Below, piece after piece: positions 48,432 to 62,538 of a DNA stretch of 64,000 bases (position 1 is its first letter; every line of letters begins with the position of its first letter). Source of the stretch: Gordius albopunctatus (taxonomy: Eukaryota); assembly GCA_964276515.1 (NCBI GenBank), contig OZ193910.1, positions 2,480,001 through 2,544,000 on the forward strand, read 5' to 3'. Made by a program: the position numbers and the translations under genes. The notes beneath the pieces were generated by a model. The model was not told where the DNA came from and searched no databases. It worked only from the letters and a program-made list of their open reading frames with translations.

Positions 48432-51400
48432 ATGGATTTTTTAAAATCAAAATCTGCCAAAAGTGTTTATAAAAAAATACTTAAAGTAATTTATGTTGAA
48501 TTAATAATAAATGTAATAAGGATCATCAACAATCATTGCAACTGACCAATCCTAACCATGAGAATTCCTTTCAAAAGCAATTTTCGACTGATTTAACAAA
48601 TGGTTATATAAATAAAGACATCAATCTACTCAATGGTGAAAAAAAGCCTGATGTAGACAAAGAAATTGCAAATTTTATAGTATAATTTTATTTAGTAAAT
48701 TCATATTTTAATAGCCTTATTTACCTATTGATGATATAAGATTACTAAAAGATAGTCGATTACTTGGATACAAAACGTTTGAATGGGTTATTTATCCCAT
48801 ACAAGTTGAGACTTTTTTTAAGTAATATTTTATTTACATAGAAAGTACAAAGTATTATATGTATATTTAAAATCTTAATTTATTGATGAATTTTTAATTT
48901 ATTTTATGTTATTAATACAAACCTTAGAGAAATATGGGAGAAAAAACCCTTGCTCATCAAGAGACATAATAATGAATACTATGAAAATTTGTTTTCTACA
49001 AAAAAATTTGATGAAATTCTGAGAAAAGTATGTTTCTAATGCAATTTTTATATTTTAAATAAGAAGTTATAAGTTAAAAAATGAGAATCAAAAATGAAGT
49101 TTTGTTACTTTAAACATTGTTTGATTTTAAGATTTTATTCTATTTCGCATCTAAATTTTTTTTATAGATTAGAATATTAAGGTTATATATTAAATGTAAT
49201 GACAAAAACAACTATAAATTACTTTATAAAAAATTTGAAGTATCAATTAAACATACAATTTCTGGCATATATTTGCCAATTGTTAGTTTGACCATTAATT
49301 ATTTTGTTATTATTTTATAGGAATTTATAAATTTTTCAGAAAATGTAGATGTTACTACGTACAAAGATGGCATCAAAGAAATACATAATCCTATAGGAAG
49401 GGCATATGCACCAGTTGTTTGGGACTATTACAAGGTTTTTTTAATGTATCACAATTCTTAACAATAGTAGTAAATGACTAGTTTATTTTGTTCATATATC
49501 ATTGCTTAAATTACAGAGTAATTTATGTTTTTCAGGGTTTCTATAATTGGTGCAATTTTATGCCCATTCTTTGTTATCACTAGTTAAAATAAATGTCTTT
49601 CTAAAGGAAGCTCCTATATTTTTTACTGATTACCATTTCCTGTGAATATAAGGCTAAATGACAATCTGATAATATCTAGCATATAAAGCTTTGCAAGGGA
49701 GCTTAAACCCCTGATTTATCTCGTATATATTTTTATATTCTTTTTTGTGATTTCCTGTCAGTTTGGGATTAAATCTCTTTTGTTTTCCTCAAGTGGTGAT
49801 ATTCTATCTCATTCTAAGCTTGGTTTACCAATATTTCACCTTATTCCATCATTCTGTCATATATTTTATTCTCCGCTGCCTTTAAAATTTATATTAGCAT
49901 TTTATGCTATCAACACGAGTATTGCTCCTCCCTTTTATATATATAACATGATTTCGAGTCCTACATTGTACAATATATCCTTCATGCTCGTAAAAATCCT
50001 TTTTTCCTATGATAACTTTATTAAATCTCTACTTTTAAGCCTCTCACCTCTGTATTCGATTGCTTGAAAGAGTTTAGATATTTAAAGGGCTATTCATTAT
50101 TAAGTTCTCAATCACTAATCATATGCTATGCTCTTTGCTAAGTTGCATCATATTTGATACTGGTTTTTATGCGCTATGTATTTAATATTTACCTTATTTA
50201 TCCTCAAACCTGTCTCTTCCATTACACTTGATAATTTTTTATATAGTTTGTAAAATTGTGTTATACATTGGCACACAAGAATATACCTTTTTTAAATATC
50301 GCTGTTTACGGTGCACAATCTTTTAGGATATATTTAAGGAACAGGTGACTAATAGTTGGAACCTACGTTGAACCATAGCCTGGGACAACATTGTAATTAA
50401 ACGGGGGAATAATGATTTAGTGAGTGTCAAAATGATGATTCTTCGAAATTTTATGGGATTTTTCGATTTAGAGAGGGGTGGCAGCCGCCCCTCTTTGCCA
50501 GCCACTCCCTGGCTAAGCTCATGGATGCATCCTGGTTGGGAAGCATAACCGGACGCTACTTTGATCATTTTCTCTATTATGCCTCTCACGTTTTGAGGAG
50601 GAAAAAGGAAAGGTGTGCCGTGCCGGCCAATTGTTACGTTGTGGCTTGGTTGGGGCAACGCGTCTCAGGGTTTTAGCTGTTAGTCCGGGTCCTTAGTCGC
50701 AAAGGTTTATGATTAATTTTGCGGGATTCCTTAGTCCGATGTGAGATTGACAATAGGTGTTAACACAAATGTTAACATGAAAAGAGCATATGACAAGAAG
50801 CATAAAACATTCATTCATTTGGCATTCCATTTTTATTCATATATCAGCAATCCCTAAACTTCCTCCCTGTTAACACATTCAACAATCGCATCATCACCAC
50901 ACATTTTATGATCAATCACATTCATTCGCATTCCATAACAATACACATTAAGCAAGTTTTCACATTCGCAATCTCACATGTTATACGTTCTTAATTCATT
51001 CACATAATTCAATCTAAAACATTTAAATAAACAAAATCTTCACTAATAGGCGTAGTCAAGAATTTATTTGATTTATATCCGAATTGACAATAAGCTCGTT
51101 CAAGAATTTTATTGGTGTTGTATCAGTTGGTAATAGGCGAATTCGAGAATTGTGTTCAATCTTTATAGTCAATATATGTCACGAAATCTCTCGAGGGGGG
51201 GGGGCAGTGTTTTTTAGGGTTTATCGTGGGTAGGTGGGGTTTATGGGGTATAACCAGCGCGGGAAAAATATAATTGTCGTATGGGGTTCGTAAGGCCACA
51301 TTATAAGAGTAAATGGAAAATTAAAGAGTCGAGAAAAAATGGGAGAAGTTGAATTAGTTGGTGAAGAGTGGGGACAACTTAGCCATAAATCGAGTGAAGG

Positions 51401-54400
51401 TGAGATAGCTTTTTGGGAAGAATAAAAAAGTAAAAAGAATATAATGATTTTTAAAGGGATTTTTTCTTCTTTTTTTAACTCCCGCGTTCCTTAACCCCCT
51501 GGAGTTTATTGACATTCGTAAACCAACCGCGGCCTCATTTCAAACTTATCCAAACTTAATTTCTAGCACATCAATCTCACACAACTAGAAGAACCCAAAA
51601 CTCACAAACTATTCACCCCAACTTATTTCCCAGTACATTGATCTTAATGGTCAACCCAAGTGGAACATTCCAAACCATTAATCATAATAGTTACCCCAAC
51701 CGGGACATTCCCCTCTTTAGGTACATTTGTAATAAATAATTAGGGCGACCTTAATTCAATCCCAGCTATTCCCCAACCTTAAATACATACTCCCATTAAT
51801 CAATAATCAACTTTTCCACCACAACATTCCAAACTTAAATAGAACAAAAACTCGACATTAAGGGACTACTAAGGCAGGGGCAATTAGGGGGAGGTAGAGC
51901 CCTGCAAAGTCTCTTTTTTTCAACCCGAACCCGACCCGACCCGAAAGCGTTTTAAAATTTTCAACTCGGGTCGGGTCGTGTTTCAGGTCAGCCGTGCAGG
52001 GCTCCAGGCAGGGGTGAGGTATTTAGGGTCCCGTAGATACGACAATGCCAAGTTTGAACATCATACATAAGACAGTCCTTGTTCCTTCACACCTCAATGA
52101 CTTTATCTTGCTGATGTGAAGCTAAAAGGATTGCCACGCCATTCTTATGCGTTTTCAAGCCACAAAAGTATTAAGCCTGTAACCCCTTCATCTATCATCC
52201 TTGATCTCGCTCCCCTCCATCTTGTTTCTTGTATATCCGGTATTAGTAGTAATGTAAAAACGGGCGAGCTTTGCTTGGTTGACCTTTGGTTTAAGTCGAC
52301 TAAACATAAACAGACCCAAGGTTTGACCAAAAAACCTCTGGTGTGGCTATGCTACTAAGAAAAGCAGACGAAAAGACGTTTGGTCCGTTAATGTTTACTC
52401 GACTAAAACCCAAAACCAGCCATTTTTACGACACTACCGTTAGGCTTTAACGTGTATGCCATTTCACGATTGCAGGAAGGTTGTTCCGTCCGATTTTTGA
52501 ATCCGCAAACTTATGACCGATGCGTGTGGCGCCTCTCTTCTCAGCTCCAAGAATTTTTTAGCTCGTTCGTGGGCGCAAATATTTATCTAACCCCGCCAGA
52601 CAGCCAAGGATTCGCTCCGCATTACGACGATATCGATGCTTTCGTGCTGCAACTAGAAGGCAAAAAAGTTTGGAAAGTTTACCCCACCGACGTTCTGATT
52701 GCGCAGAATTTCCCTAAAGGTCTGTATCTACGAAAAAGATATATTAAATGTTTAGTGGTTTCCCTTCAATATGCCATTCACCGGCGTCTTCAGCAGTGGG
52801 ATTAGAGGGGGGGGCAATAATGATTTAGGAAAGGGAAAAGTGATCGTTTTTTATGCTTTTACACGTATGAAAAAAAATATAAAAATTTTTACAGAGAGCT
52901 AAAAAGTTTGGCGAGCTTAGCTCACCATTAGGTCTCTTTACTCAACCTTGTCCTAAATGTTATCGTAGTATTCGTTATAAAAGTTGAAATCATTTCTTGT
53001 AATTTAAATCTGCTAAAGCACGACATAGATGCACCTTAGATATCAGATTAATAGGCTATACACGAGTGTTTTCAAATGATTTTAAGCAAAATTATTATCA
53101 ATTTTTGTTTGATTTAAAGCTTTTATAACAATTATAGAAGCTTGAAAAAAATATACAAATAAAATATCAAAAAAATCCTTCCAAAATGAAAAGTAGTGTA
53201 TAAAACTCTTTTATACGACAAAGCTCGTGATGATTTATAGTTCTATCAAGCGAAAGTTTAAATGAAGAAGAGAAAAAAATTATGCTAGGATTTTATTTAA
53301 AAAAACCTAGTTTAACCTCTGAGCGGCGATCTATTTCAATCTTTGAGGAGGAGAAATATTTATTAAACTGAAAGGTAAGAATTGCCACGTTATATGGTAT
53401 TCAAAATAAATAAGCTTAATATTTTCGATTAATGACTATTAAAATTTTAGACGCAAATTATTATTATATCCAATTAGGTGATTTCAATGAGTCTCTACAA
53501 GTCCGTGACCCTGCTTTAAAAATAAGAGCTCCGTCTTTTAACTATGCATAGAGATGTGGGCGCTAAAATGTGCTTTAATGCTACCCCAAAATTTCAACTT
53601 GAACCCGAATCGATCCCAAAGTATTTTAAATTTTTGAACCCGAACCCGGCGCGGTGGTACCCGAAGATATTTTAAAATTTTCAACCTGGGTGTCAGCTGA
53701 TAATATATCTGATTCACCAAACGCAAATGACCTTATATATTAAATTGCCGATAAATTATTATCAATTCACCTTTAAGGATGATGGGGGAAGGGGAATAAA
53801 TGCTTGAAGGGTTCCTCTAAAGGATGCAAAATTTGAAATTTATGCTTTTAAAATCTCTGACTGCGTCGCTAGAGGTTAAGGGTGAAACGGTTTGCAGCTT
53901 GGTAAGCCTTTTTATAATATTCTCGTCGTAATAGCTTTTACCAACTTAGAAGGAGGTAGGTACCTTGGTTACATATGTAAACTTATTAAAATTAATTTTT
54001 GTGATATATTAATTATTATTTTAGGGATGTTAAAATGTTACATAGAACCGAAATTAAGATCACTCTCCCCGACCCTTAAGCAAAGATTACAAAATGTTTC
54101 AATTATTTTATCATCATTAAGATAACTTTTTTTGTGTATTTACCATGAACGGTTTCATCATTTTAGTCATAATTTTGGTGGAATAAATACACAGCTTTAG
54201 TGAGTTTAATGAATGGGAAAAAAACTATAAAATAAATTTTTCCCAAAACTATGTTGATTAAACTAGGGAAAATCTTAAAGCCCTTTGCCTTCACTAATAT
54301 CCGGTATAAAAGATATTTGTCGTTTTAAACGTTAGGGGTCGCTTGCGTTATGCCCCTGCATTCGAGTCCCAATTTTGTGGAAGAAAGAGATTTTAAAGAT

Positions 54401-57400
54401 GGCGCCCAAACGAAACCCCTGCTGGAAACGGAGTTGGAGCCTGGCGATTTATTGTATATGCCTCGGGGGTTCGTACATCAAGCTAGTACGCGCTTCAATA
54501 ACCTCAACAAACTTCAAGCCCCTTTGACTAGTAATTTATAATTTAAATTCTGCTAAATAAACTATTTATTTGCCATATATTTTTAGTTGGAAATGCCAAT
54601 ATCACATTAAGTCAATTTATGTCCCACCCCGTTGCTTTTCAACTCTAGCTGTGGTCCTGATTAGTTAATGAAAATCTATTATTTTAGTATTTATTTGTGT
54701 ATTTAAGTGCAAAAAATTTGAATTTTAATCTTTATTCTTGTTTCATTTTACCCACTTATTTTTAAATTCAACATCTTTTTTTTGTTTAAATTTTTGAAAA
54801 TTCAAACTTTCACCTTGGTCCGACAGATTAGATTTGCAATACAGTGTTGTTTCATCGACTAAAAAGGGAAAGAGTTTTTATTCGAAACTTGTATTTTCGC
54901 CTATGTAAGGTTGACTACTATTATTAGCAGTTTCATTAGGATTAAAGATACCTAATAGCTCGAATTCTTTAATTTCTGACTGACTACTAGACTTCAAATT
55001 TTGATTTAATTTCTCAAAGTTCCCACTGATTTTATTGTTATTTATTATATAATAAGAAACTTCCTCGGCTTTTGCAGAAACATTTTTCTAAGTTACTGCT
55101 TTTTCCCATATACTTATTATATATATGACGTGCAGAAAAGAGGAAATTGGTGGAAGCCCATTCCCTCCACATGACCCTTTCGACTTGTCAAAACAACACT
55201 TGGGCCAAACTAATGGAAAAAGCTTTTTCCCTAGCCCTCCATTCTATCACAACCTCAAATGAAGAAATGAGAAAGTCTTTGCCGCCAGGGTATTTGCAGT
55301 ACATGGGATTACCTTACAGGCAAATGGATGCAAATTTACAAGCTGGTATGGCTTTAATGTATACATGTGTTTTTGGAAAATGGGAGATAATTGATTTACA
55401 TAGGCATAAACGCAAAAATTTGGGTGAAATTTATTAAAATTATGGCTGAAATTTTAAACATTGATCACTTTGCCCTCTCTAAAATATTAATTGTCGGCCC
55501 GTGATGATTTATATGATCTTTCTACTAAACATACTAGCGATCATACGTTTTCTTTTGATAAAGGAATATTTACAATTTCGATGGTTTGGCATTAAAATTC
55601 TTTTAGATTTAATTATATATTTTTAATCTTTGAAAATCTATGAGATTGGTTATAAAATACTGTTAACAAATATTTAAATTTTGATGAACCCCTGAAAAAG
55701 TAGTTTCAGCCAAGTTTTTTAAATCAATATATAAATCTTTCAAGAATTATGAGTTCAATATTGGACGAATAAAAGAATATTGTTAAAATTACCTTACCAC
55801 CTTCTTCCTTATTTATTTTCATTTTGCATTGAATTTACGAATTAAATCACAATAGATTTTACCTATACTTTTCTGCTTTATTGGCTCCTCTATTATTCGC
55901 GGTGACTCTTAATGTCGCAAAAGCTCGTTAGAGTTAGTCCTAAACGTTTTCAACACTTTTAAACAAAAATATTGAGTTTTGATCTGGAACTTTTAATTTA
56001 ATAAACTTTCAAACCTTTAAATTCCCTCGTTTTTTAGCCTCAAGAGGATTTAAAACTGCGATTTAGATATCCAAAATCACTTATATTCCACCGTAATATT
56101 ATATTTACCTAGCTCTAGATTAGAACTAATAATTTTAGCCGAATCCGTTAGAAATGATCAAGGGTGGTAGCTGCATTTTGGGCCATTGTAAAATAGTTTT
56201 AAAATAAGTTGGGCTACTCCTCTGCAAATATTTTTCTTTTTTGTCCGTTTGAAAATGTAAACACAGATATTTTTTAGAGGACATCGCTCATTATAACTGT
56301 GTTTTTAACACCCTCTACCATTCCCGAAAATAAATCCACGAAAAACATTGTTTACGAGAGTAAAACCCTTTCTAAAATGTAAACGCAGGTAGTCTAAAAG
56401 ATTTGGACTTTTACGCGATGGCCAAGAGTGGTAACTATACGGACCAAAGCAAGGCTTCCCTCTCGAGGTTAGCCTTCGTTTCGCATTTCAAAAAGCTTTG
56501 CGAAGCCTGTTTCGAGACCATATCACCGGATATGGCTGTTGACGACTTATCTAAGGAGCTTTACATGCGAGAAGCCCTACCCCCTTGCCTGTCCGGAAAA
56601 GAACGACAATTGACGATCCTGGCTTCCGAACCTAATTTTGGACCACTTGCCCCCACCCAAGAAAAATATAGTAAGACCGAGTCTATGATTTAGCCATGGG
56701 CTGGGTTAGAAAAGATCTTATGGTTTTTCTGAAAATACCTGTATCAAAGAACTCTTTAGATTTTTTAGGGTGACATTATTATTAATTTGTTGGATGTATT
56801 AATGCGTTTAAAAAAATTTTCGTTAATTGTTTTTTGCGTGAGTAATGTTTATAGTTGAATTCAAGAGTCGTTTTCATAGCAGGCCCTACGCAAATGATAA
56901 GAGTATTTTTTTATAAAATCTCACTAAAAAATGGGTTTATTATTGTTTAGTTATATGTCTTTTGTGTCAAGTCTAATTTTGGTTAAAAACAAAAAATAAT
57001 AATAGTTTACCTCCTCGAGGGCTCGTTTTTTTAAACATTTGTTAGACCCACAAATTTTGATTTATATTTTTAATGCCTTTTCAATTTAAGTTAGGAAATA
57101 ATGGAGAGAGAGTGTCGAGGAAAGAAATTTTATATTTAGTTGTCCAATACCAAAAGTATTTAGATGTATTATTTATTTTTTGTGCGATAATATTTTAGAT
57201 AGGGAACGAGAATCACTCATTGAAATGACGCCTAAAACAAGGGTAAAGATTTTGCGTCACGGTTGCTTTAGGGTTATATGTACGCCGGGTGACGCGTTTG
57301 ATCCCCAAGATTGCGAGGATAAAATTGTCATTTATCATTGCTTGGAAAATGGGAGAATATACGAGGAAAGACTTCCCCAGTACTTTCACCTAGCTCCAGA

Positions 57401-58632
57401 CGTGAGGAGACACCTTTTTTTAATTTAAAAATAAAAATCAATATATACGGAGACTGTTTATCCTCAAATATTTTTCATGCGTTTTCGGGCACCTTTGGTA
57501 AACACTAAAACAAAGACTTGGTTTTCTCGTGGGTTTAGGCGGTGGGGGGGGGGGCTGGCCCCCTCTAAATTAAAAAATTTATTAAAATTATGGCTAATAT
57601 CTTTAAAAATGTTCATTTTTCCCCTCCTAAAATCATTATTGTCGCCCTCTAATTCCAGTGATGGATACGACCGCGGGTATTCTCATAGCCATCATAACAT
57701 TTTTAAATTGTCTGCGGATTCTTGTCAATTTTGGAAGATCCTCTCAGTGATTTTTTATTTGAATAGTTTTTTTATTATCTGATGCTTTTTGTTTTATTAT
57801 GCAATTATTATTTATTAATGCAAACCCATTTTGAAACAAAAAAACAATAACCCAACAATTTTATCTTGGTACTAGTAGTGGCCACGACCCTCGGTAATTT
57901 AGGACCCGAGTGTAGCCAATTTATAAAACAAATGTATCAAAATTTATTGCCGCTACCCCACGCGACCCTAATTTTTTTAACATTAAAAGCAGAAAATCAC
58001 TATGGAATTTGTAAAATCCAATGCTATTTCCATGGCATTAGGCCTGTTCATTTATTCAATATGTTTTACCTTGTATATTTATAAGGATTTAAAAATAAAT
58101 AAATTGCCTCCCTATTGAAGTTTTTTTTTCGTGAGAATGTTTTATAAAGGTATATAAGCAAAGTCACGAATGACACGATTGGGAGTGGGACATTAGGTAA
58201 TCACTGAATATGAATAGTATAAGTTAGTGTTGTAAAAAGGGCTGGGCTTTGCTCGGTCAACCTTCGGTTTTAGTCGACTAAACATAAAGAGACCAGAGGT
58301 TTGACTAAACTCTTTGCTCCACTTATGCCACCAAGGAAAACAGGACAATAATATTTCATCATCATATGATTTCGAAATTAATGTTATTTATAATTATTCT
58401 TTGTTTTTGTTTCCAGGTTCTTCCTTGTGTCGAGCATTTGATTAATGCTTACCCTAAATACGTGTCAGTTTCTTCATTACCTATGAAATCGGATGCCGAA
58501 AAAGTATTTTTATTTTACATATAAAGTTTTCACGCTTTTATATTTTGTTAGGTTGATGTAATAACTTCGCTGTTCGAAAAAGGGATTATTATGGTCTCAC
58601 CCAAAACTATTAAACAGAAAGATGATTTTTGA
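48432..58632 (+). CDS. RIOX1: Ribosomal oxygenase 1 / NO66 (JmjC histidyl hydroxylase/demethylase); exons 48432-48485, 48521-48679, 48715-48821, 48928-49027, 49321-49434, 52476-52719, 54336-54485, 55136-55345, 56389-56670, 57199-57401, 58417-58503, 58552-58632
   Basis: [108 protein letters not shown]. All junctions are GT-AG and in phase. Exons 1-2 are less certain. Confidence 0.92.
51895..52006. mobile_element. Tiny hAT-like MITE
   Basis: TAGAGCCCTGCA / TGCAGGGCTCCA ends with CCCGA repeats. A similar left end occurs at 59001. Confidence 0.6.
52145..52240 (-). mobile_element. RTE endonuclease fragment in an NO66 intron
   Basis: [17 protein letters not shown] resembles LQETRWNGTNARELGEG of the RTE at about 13600-13660. 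Confidence 0.55.
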
Positions 58633-60092
58633 TATATTAAAACAACATTTTTAATGATTGTTATTATACACCCCCTTGCAAAATTGTTACGGATAATCCT
58701 ATGTTATTTTTATCAAAACACCAACATTTGTATCTTGAAATAAAAGTGCATTCCTTAAAATTAGTTTATATAGTTAATGCCATAAAAAATATAAACATCA
58801 ATCCTAACATTTTTTGTAAAATTAATGCTATATTATACTTTCATAAAATTTTTTTTAGTTTACATATTTTCAAAACGTCCGTTTAAAAGTATTTACTTTG
58901 TTTCAAACTGGACTAGTGATTAAACGAAAAGCATATAATACTTTATACTAAATGCTTTTCGTGTTGCTTTTGCCTGCACAGTATTTTATAGTATTATTCA
59001 TAGAGCCCTGCAAAATGAAAAATTTTCTGCTCAAACCCGGCCCGACATCTCAGTTTTTATTTTGCCCGAGCCGGAACGCCTTTTTATTGTTGGGCCCGAC
59101 CTGATTTTTCAAATAGGAAATTTAAAAATATTATTTTAAAATTTTTGAAAATTATTTTACCATATAAATACATAATGCATTAAATTGTTATTACTCATAA
59201 TTAGCGCATTTAAGTGCTATCGGCTGTAGCTTTAGCGCCTCAAACCCAGGGGTTTGTCCCAAACGGGGTAAAACCCGATGTTTTACAGAACCCAAACCCA
59301 TTTTTAAAAATACCTTTAAAACCCGAACCCGATGAATCCAAAAAAGGGTTCGGGTTTTTAATTCAAAAATATATTGTGAATTGAATATCTCAGTTTTCTC
59401 TATCATGACTATGTAACGAAAATCATACGATTTTAATTTCAATATTTTTATGTTTCCGCCATTTTTCATTCATTAATCAATACTAATTATCTCAAGAATT
59501 ATTTGTAAGTATTATATATATAATTGATATATATTAGTTATGGTATGGTTTTTAATTATAATAACAGTTTTTAAAAAGTTAATAATAACTCGATAAAAAT
59601 TTGTAAATATTAAATTAAATCTACATATATGGTATGCCTTTTATTAATTATATTTTTATTGCGTGAATTTAATTAGGTGCTATTTAAAAATTAAGTTAAC
59701 TATTCAATAATTTTGAAGGTAAAAATGTATTATTAGTATAATATAATTTCTTGAACACGAACCCAATTCCTTAAACCCGATAACGTACCCAATTTTATTT
59801 TGGGCGGGTCCAAACCCCTGCTCAAACCTCCCATCTCCTATAGCACTTAAAGTGACTATGTGCTATTAGATATAACGGCATATGGTTGCTATGTGCTATA
59901 GCTCCTTAAAAACGCTATTTACCCATCACTATCTAAAAGACATGTTCGCTTGTCTCCAAATAAAATTTTGCCCAAGCTAAATAATCTTTCCTCATGGGCA
60001 CTTGATAATGGCGTATTATCTATATATATATAAATCTAAGTACCGTTTTTTTGTGCGCTAATAACTTTTGAAGTTCTCAACCGATTGCCACC

Positions 60093-60548
60093 AGTCTAAG
60101 AATTAGGGTATAATTCACGACCATACTTTTACTCTTCATCGTTTCCCCCCTCGTGTCTTACTAAACCCTTGACCCTCGTCGGTGTAAAAATTTCTCGCGT
60201 TTCCTTTCTTATATATCAATATTTTATTTTACATCACGCGACCGCATTTATAATATTACATGAGGAAATATTAATAAATAAAACAAGAGTTAGGGAGTCC
60301 CAAGCGGGATATCATTTATCTTACTAAGGGAGGTCGACTTAGAAAAATATTTGTTTAGGGGGGTGGTGTCAGAGATATTCTTTCTAGAAGAAGTTCTTCT
60401 TGGCATAAGCCAATTAAAAACAGGGACGAATTTTGGAAAAATTCAATAAATTTTCACACCGACGAGGGTCAAGGGTTTAGTAAGACACGAGGGGGGAAAC
60501 GATGAAGAGTTAAAGTATGGTCGTGAATTATACCCTAATCCTTAGACT
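60093..60548. repeat. About 100-bp near-perfect inverted repeat pair inside the Helitron
   Basis: 60093-60192 versus the reverse complement of 60449-60548, only a few mismatches. Confidence 0.9.
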
Positions 60549-60769
60549 CTTTTACGGTATTCGAGTTTTCAGGAACCTTCCCACGTTTCGTGCTTTTTTG
60601 CTATTTTTACGAAGTTTTTTTATATTACAACTTTCCCTATTTTCTTAATTTGTAAGGTTTGGAGGCCAAAGGTTGTTAGGGTGGTTGTCGCGATGGAACC
60701 AAAAATTATAGTATTGTTAATTTCAGAGTAATTGAAAATTTCCGAGTGGATAGGGGATATTTGTTGTGA

Positions 60770-61260
60770 TAAGATGTGGCGAATACGTCAGTACATCTAT
60801 AGTCCCATGCTAAAATGAGTCCTTTTTCCCAAGCGCCTATAGATTGGCCAACGGGTTGTTTGCTATCTTCACAGAGGCCTGTGAGTTCAAGAATAGAGGG
60901 GATATTATAAGTTTGTTAACCGCGGTATGTCAAAGATACCGGGCTTTGTTGCTATTACAGTGTAGACCATGATGGCCATTCGATTTTAGGGAATTATTGC
61001 AAAGTTAAGAAATTTTTTCAGCAACTATTTTGTCCTAATCTTAGGCCTCAGATATCGTTGTTCGATAATAGTAGACCGAGGTTACGACTTGGGAAAGCTT
61101 CGGGTCATTCGTGACCTGAGCGTGGAGCTAAGCTCATAAGCGCTGGAAGTTCCTCTGCCGAAGTGCCATTAATAAGAGACTTTAAGAGACACTCGGACAG
61201 GGGGCCATTCCAACACTTTTGAGTGTTTACTCAGGGGTTTGATAGATTGTAAACGACTTC
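60770..61260 (-). mobile_element. Second, more decayed CRE-like LINE C-terminal fragment inside the Helitron
   Basis: GHHGLHCN..HTAVNKLI / SILELTGLC...AWEKGLILAWDYRCTDVFATSY parallels the 46.2-46.8 kb remnant. Confidence 0.55.
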
Positions 61261-62538
61261 ATTAAACCAAATTTTAAGGTGTTTTTCTACTATCTCTTCA
61301 TTTTATTACTGTAGATTTTAGGCTATGACGATACACAACTAACTATAAACGCATTACTAAAATTTATCTCTGAATTGTCAAACATTATCATCATTGTCAA
61401 ACATTATCATTGACTTTTGTATATGTCACTCAACTATGCATGTTATCGCTAAACATCGCTACCTAATAAAAACTGTTATAAATCTATTTGATTAATAATA
61501 AATATGGCTTTTTTCTTAAGCTAATATTTATTTGCATAATATAAAAATATATTTTTTCACATCATAAATTCTCTTTCAGCTGACCCAAATTCTTTCATAT
61601 ATTTTCTATTGATAGGTACCAATTATTTAGGCAAATAAGTACTAAGCCAAAGCAACGCTTGGCCGGGCACAACTAGTATTTAATAAATAGCTTTTTTAAA
61701 TCGGGAAAACTGTCTAAAAGACTTAAATTTCGGTTATTAGAAAGCAAAAAACTTTCAATTTATTCATTCTTTTCATCATTTTTTAATTCAAAAAAATTTA
61801 GGAACAAACAAATTGATATCCTCTACATAATTTGCTTTTATGTTCGCAGCGCATTCTTTGCGAATCAAATTCCAATCTGTTTTAAAAGCAGGACGGAGAA
61901 TAGCCGCCGACAAATTTTCTTTTTAATTTAAGATTTTTTAATGCAAATTGAAATTGGCAAAAGGAACTTAAAATGAACTTGTAAGTAGTTCCTTTTGCGA
62001 TAATTTGAGAAAAAAAGGAACTAATTCCAATTCTTCATTTTAAAAAGGAACTAGTTCCAAGGAACTAATTCCTTTAAACTAGTTCCTTTAACAGCTTTAC
62101 TTATGGCGATATAAGCTATAGCGCTACTTTATGACGCCAGCGCCTGTAAATGTCATGATTTTTTAAAGTTTTTTTTGGCAAATACCGCAGCAATATTATT
62201 TTTAGTTAATAATTTAAATAAAAACTTTTACAAAAAATAATACCATTAAAGTAGACCCACCAACCTTGACTCAAATAACGCATGATATTATTTTTAAGCT
62301 AAAATTATAGTTCCAACAATCAAAACGAGATGATGATGATATAAACTTTAGTATTATTACAATGACCAGATGGGTTCGGTTATTTTATAACTATCAACTA
62401 AATTAAACGTACACGAATTATATGGCATATAAGTAGGGTAATGAATTAGGCGTATACTTGGTGTGTGGCTATAGAGCTGTTGATGTTATATATATACACA
62501 GTCGACACAAACTTCTGACCTTTCATAAAACATGAGCT

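Larger units (their letters stand above)
60019..61676 (+). mobile_element. Non-autonomous Helitron
   Basis: A|TCTATATATATATAAA 5' end; 3' imperfect hairpin GCCAAAGCAACGCTTGGC followed by CTAG|T; no TSD. Confidence 0.72.

Noticed and set aside
50560..51880. Possible LTR or other element in NO66 intron 5 (CATT-rich and strand-skewed blocks)
   Set aside because: No paired termini, TSD or coding motif could be established by eye.
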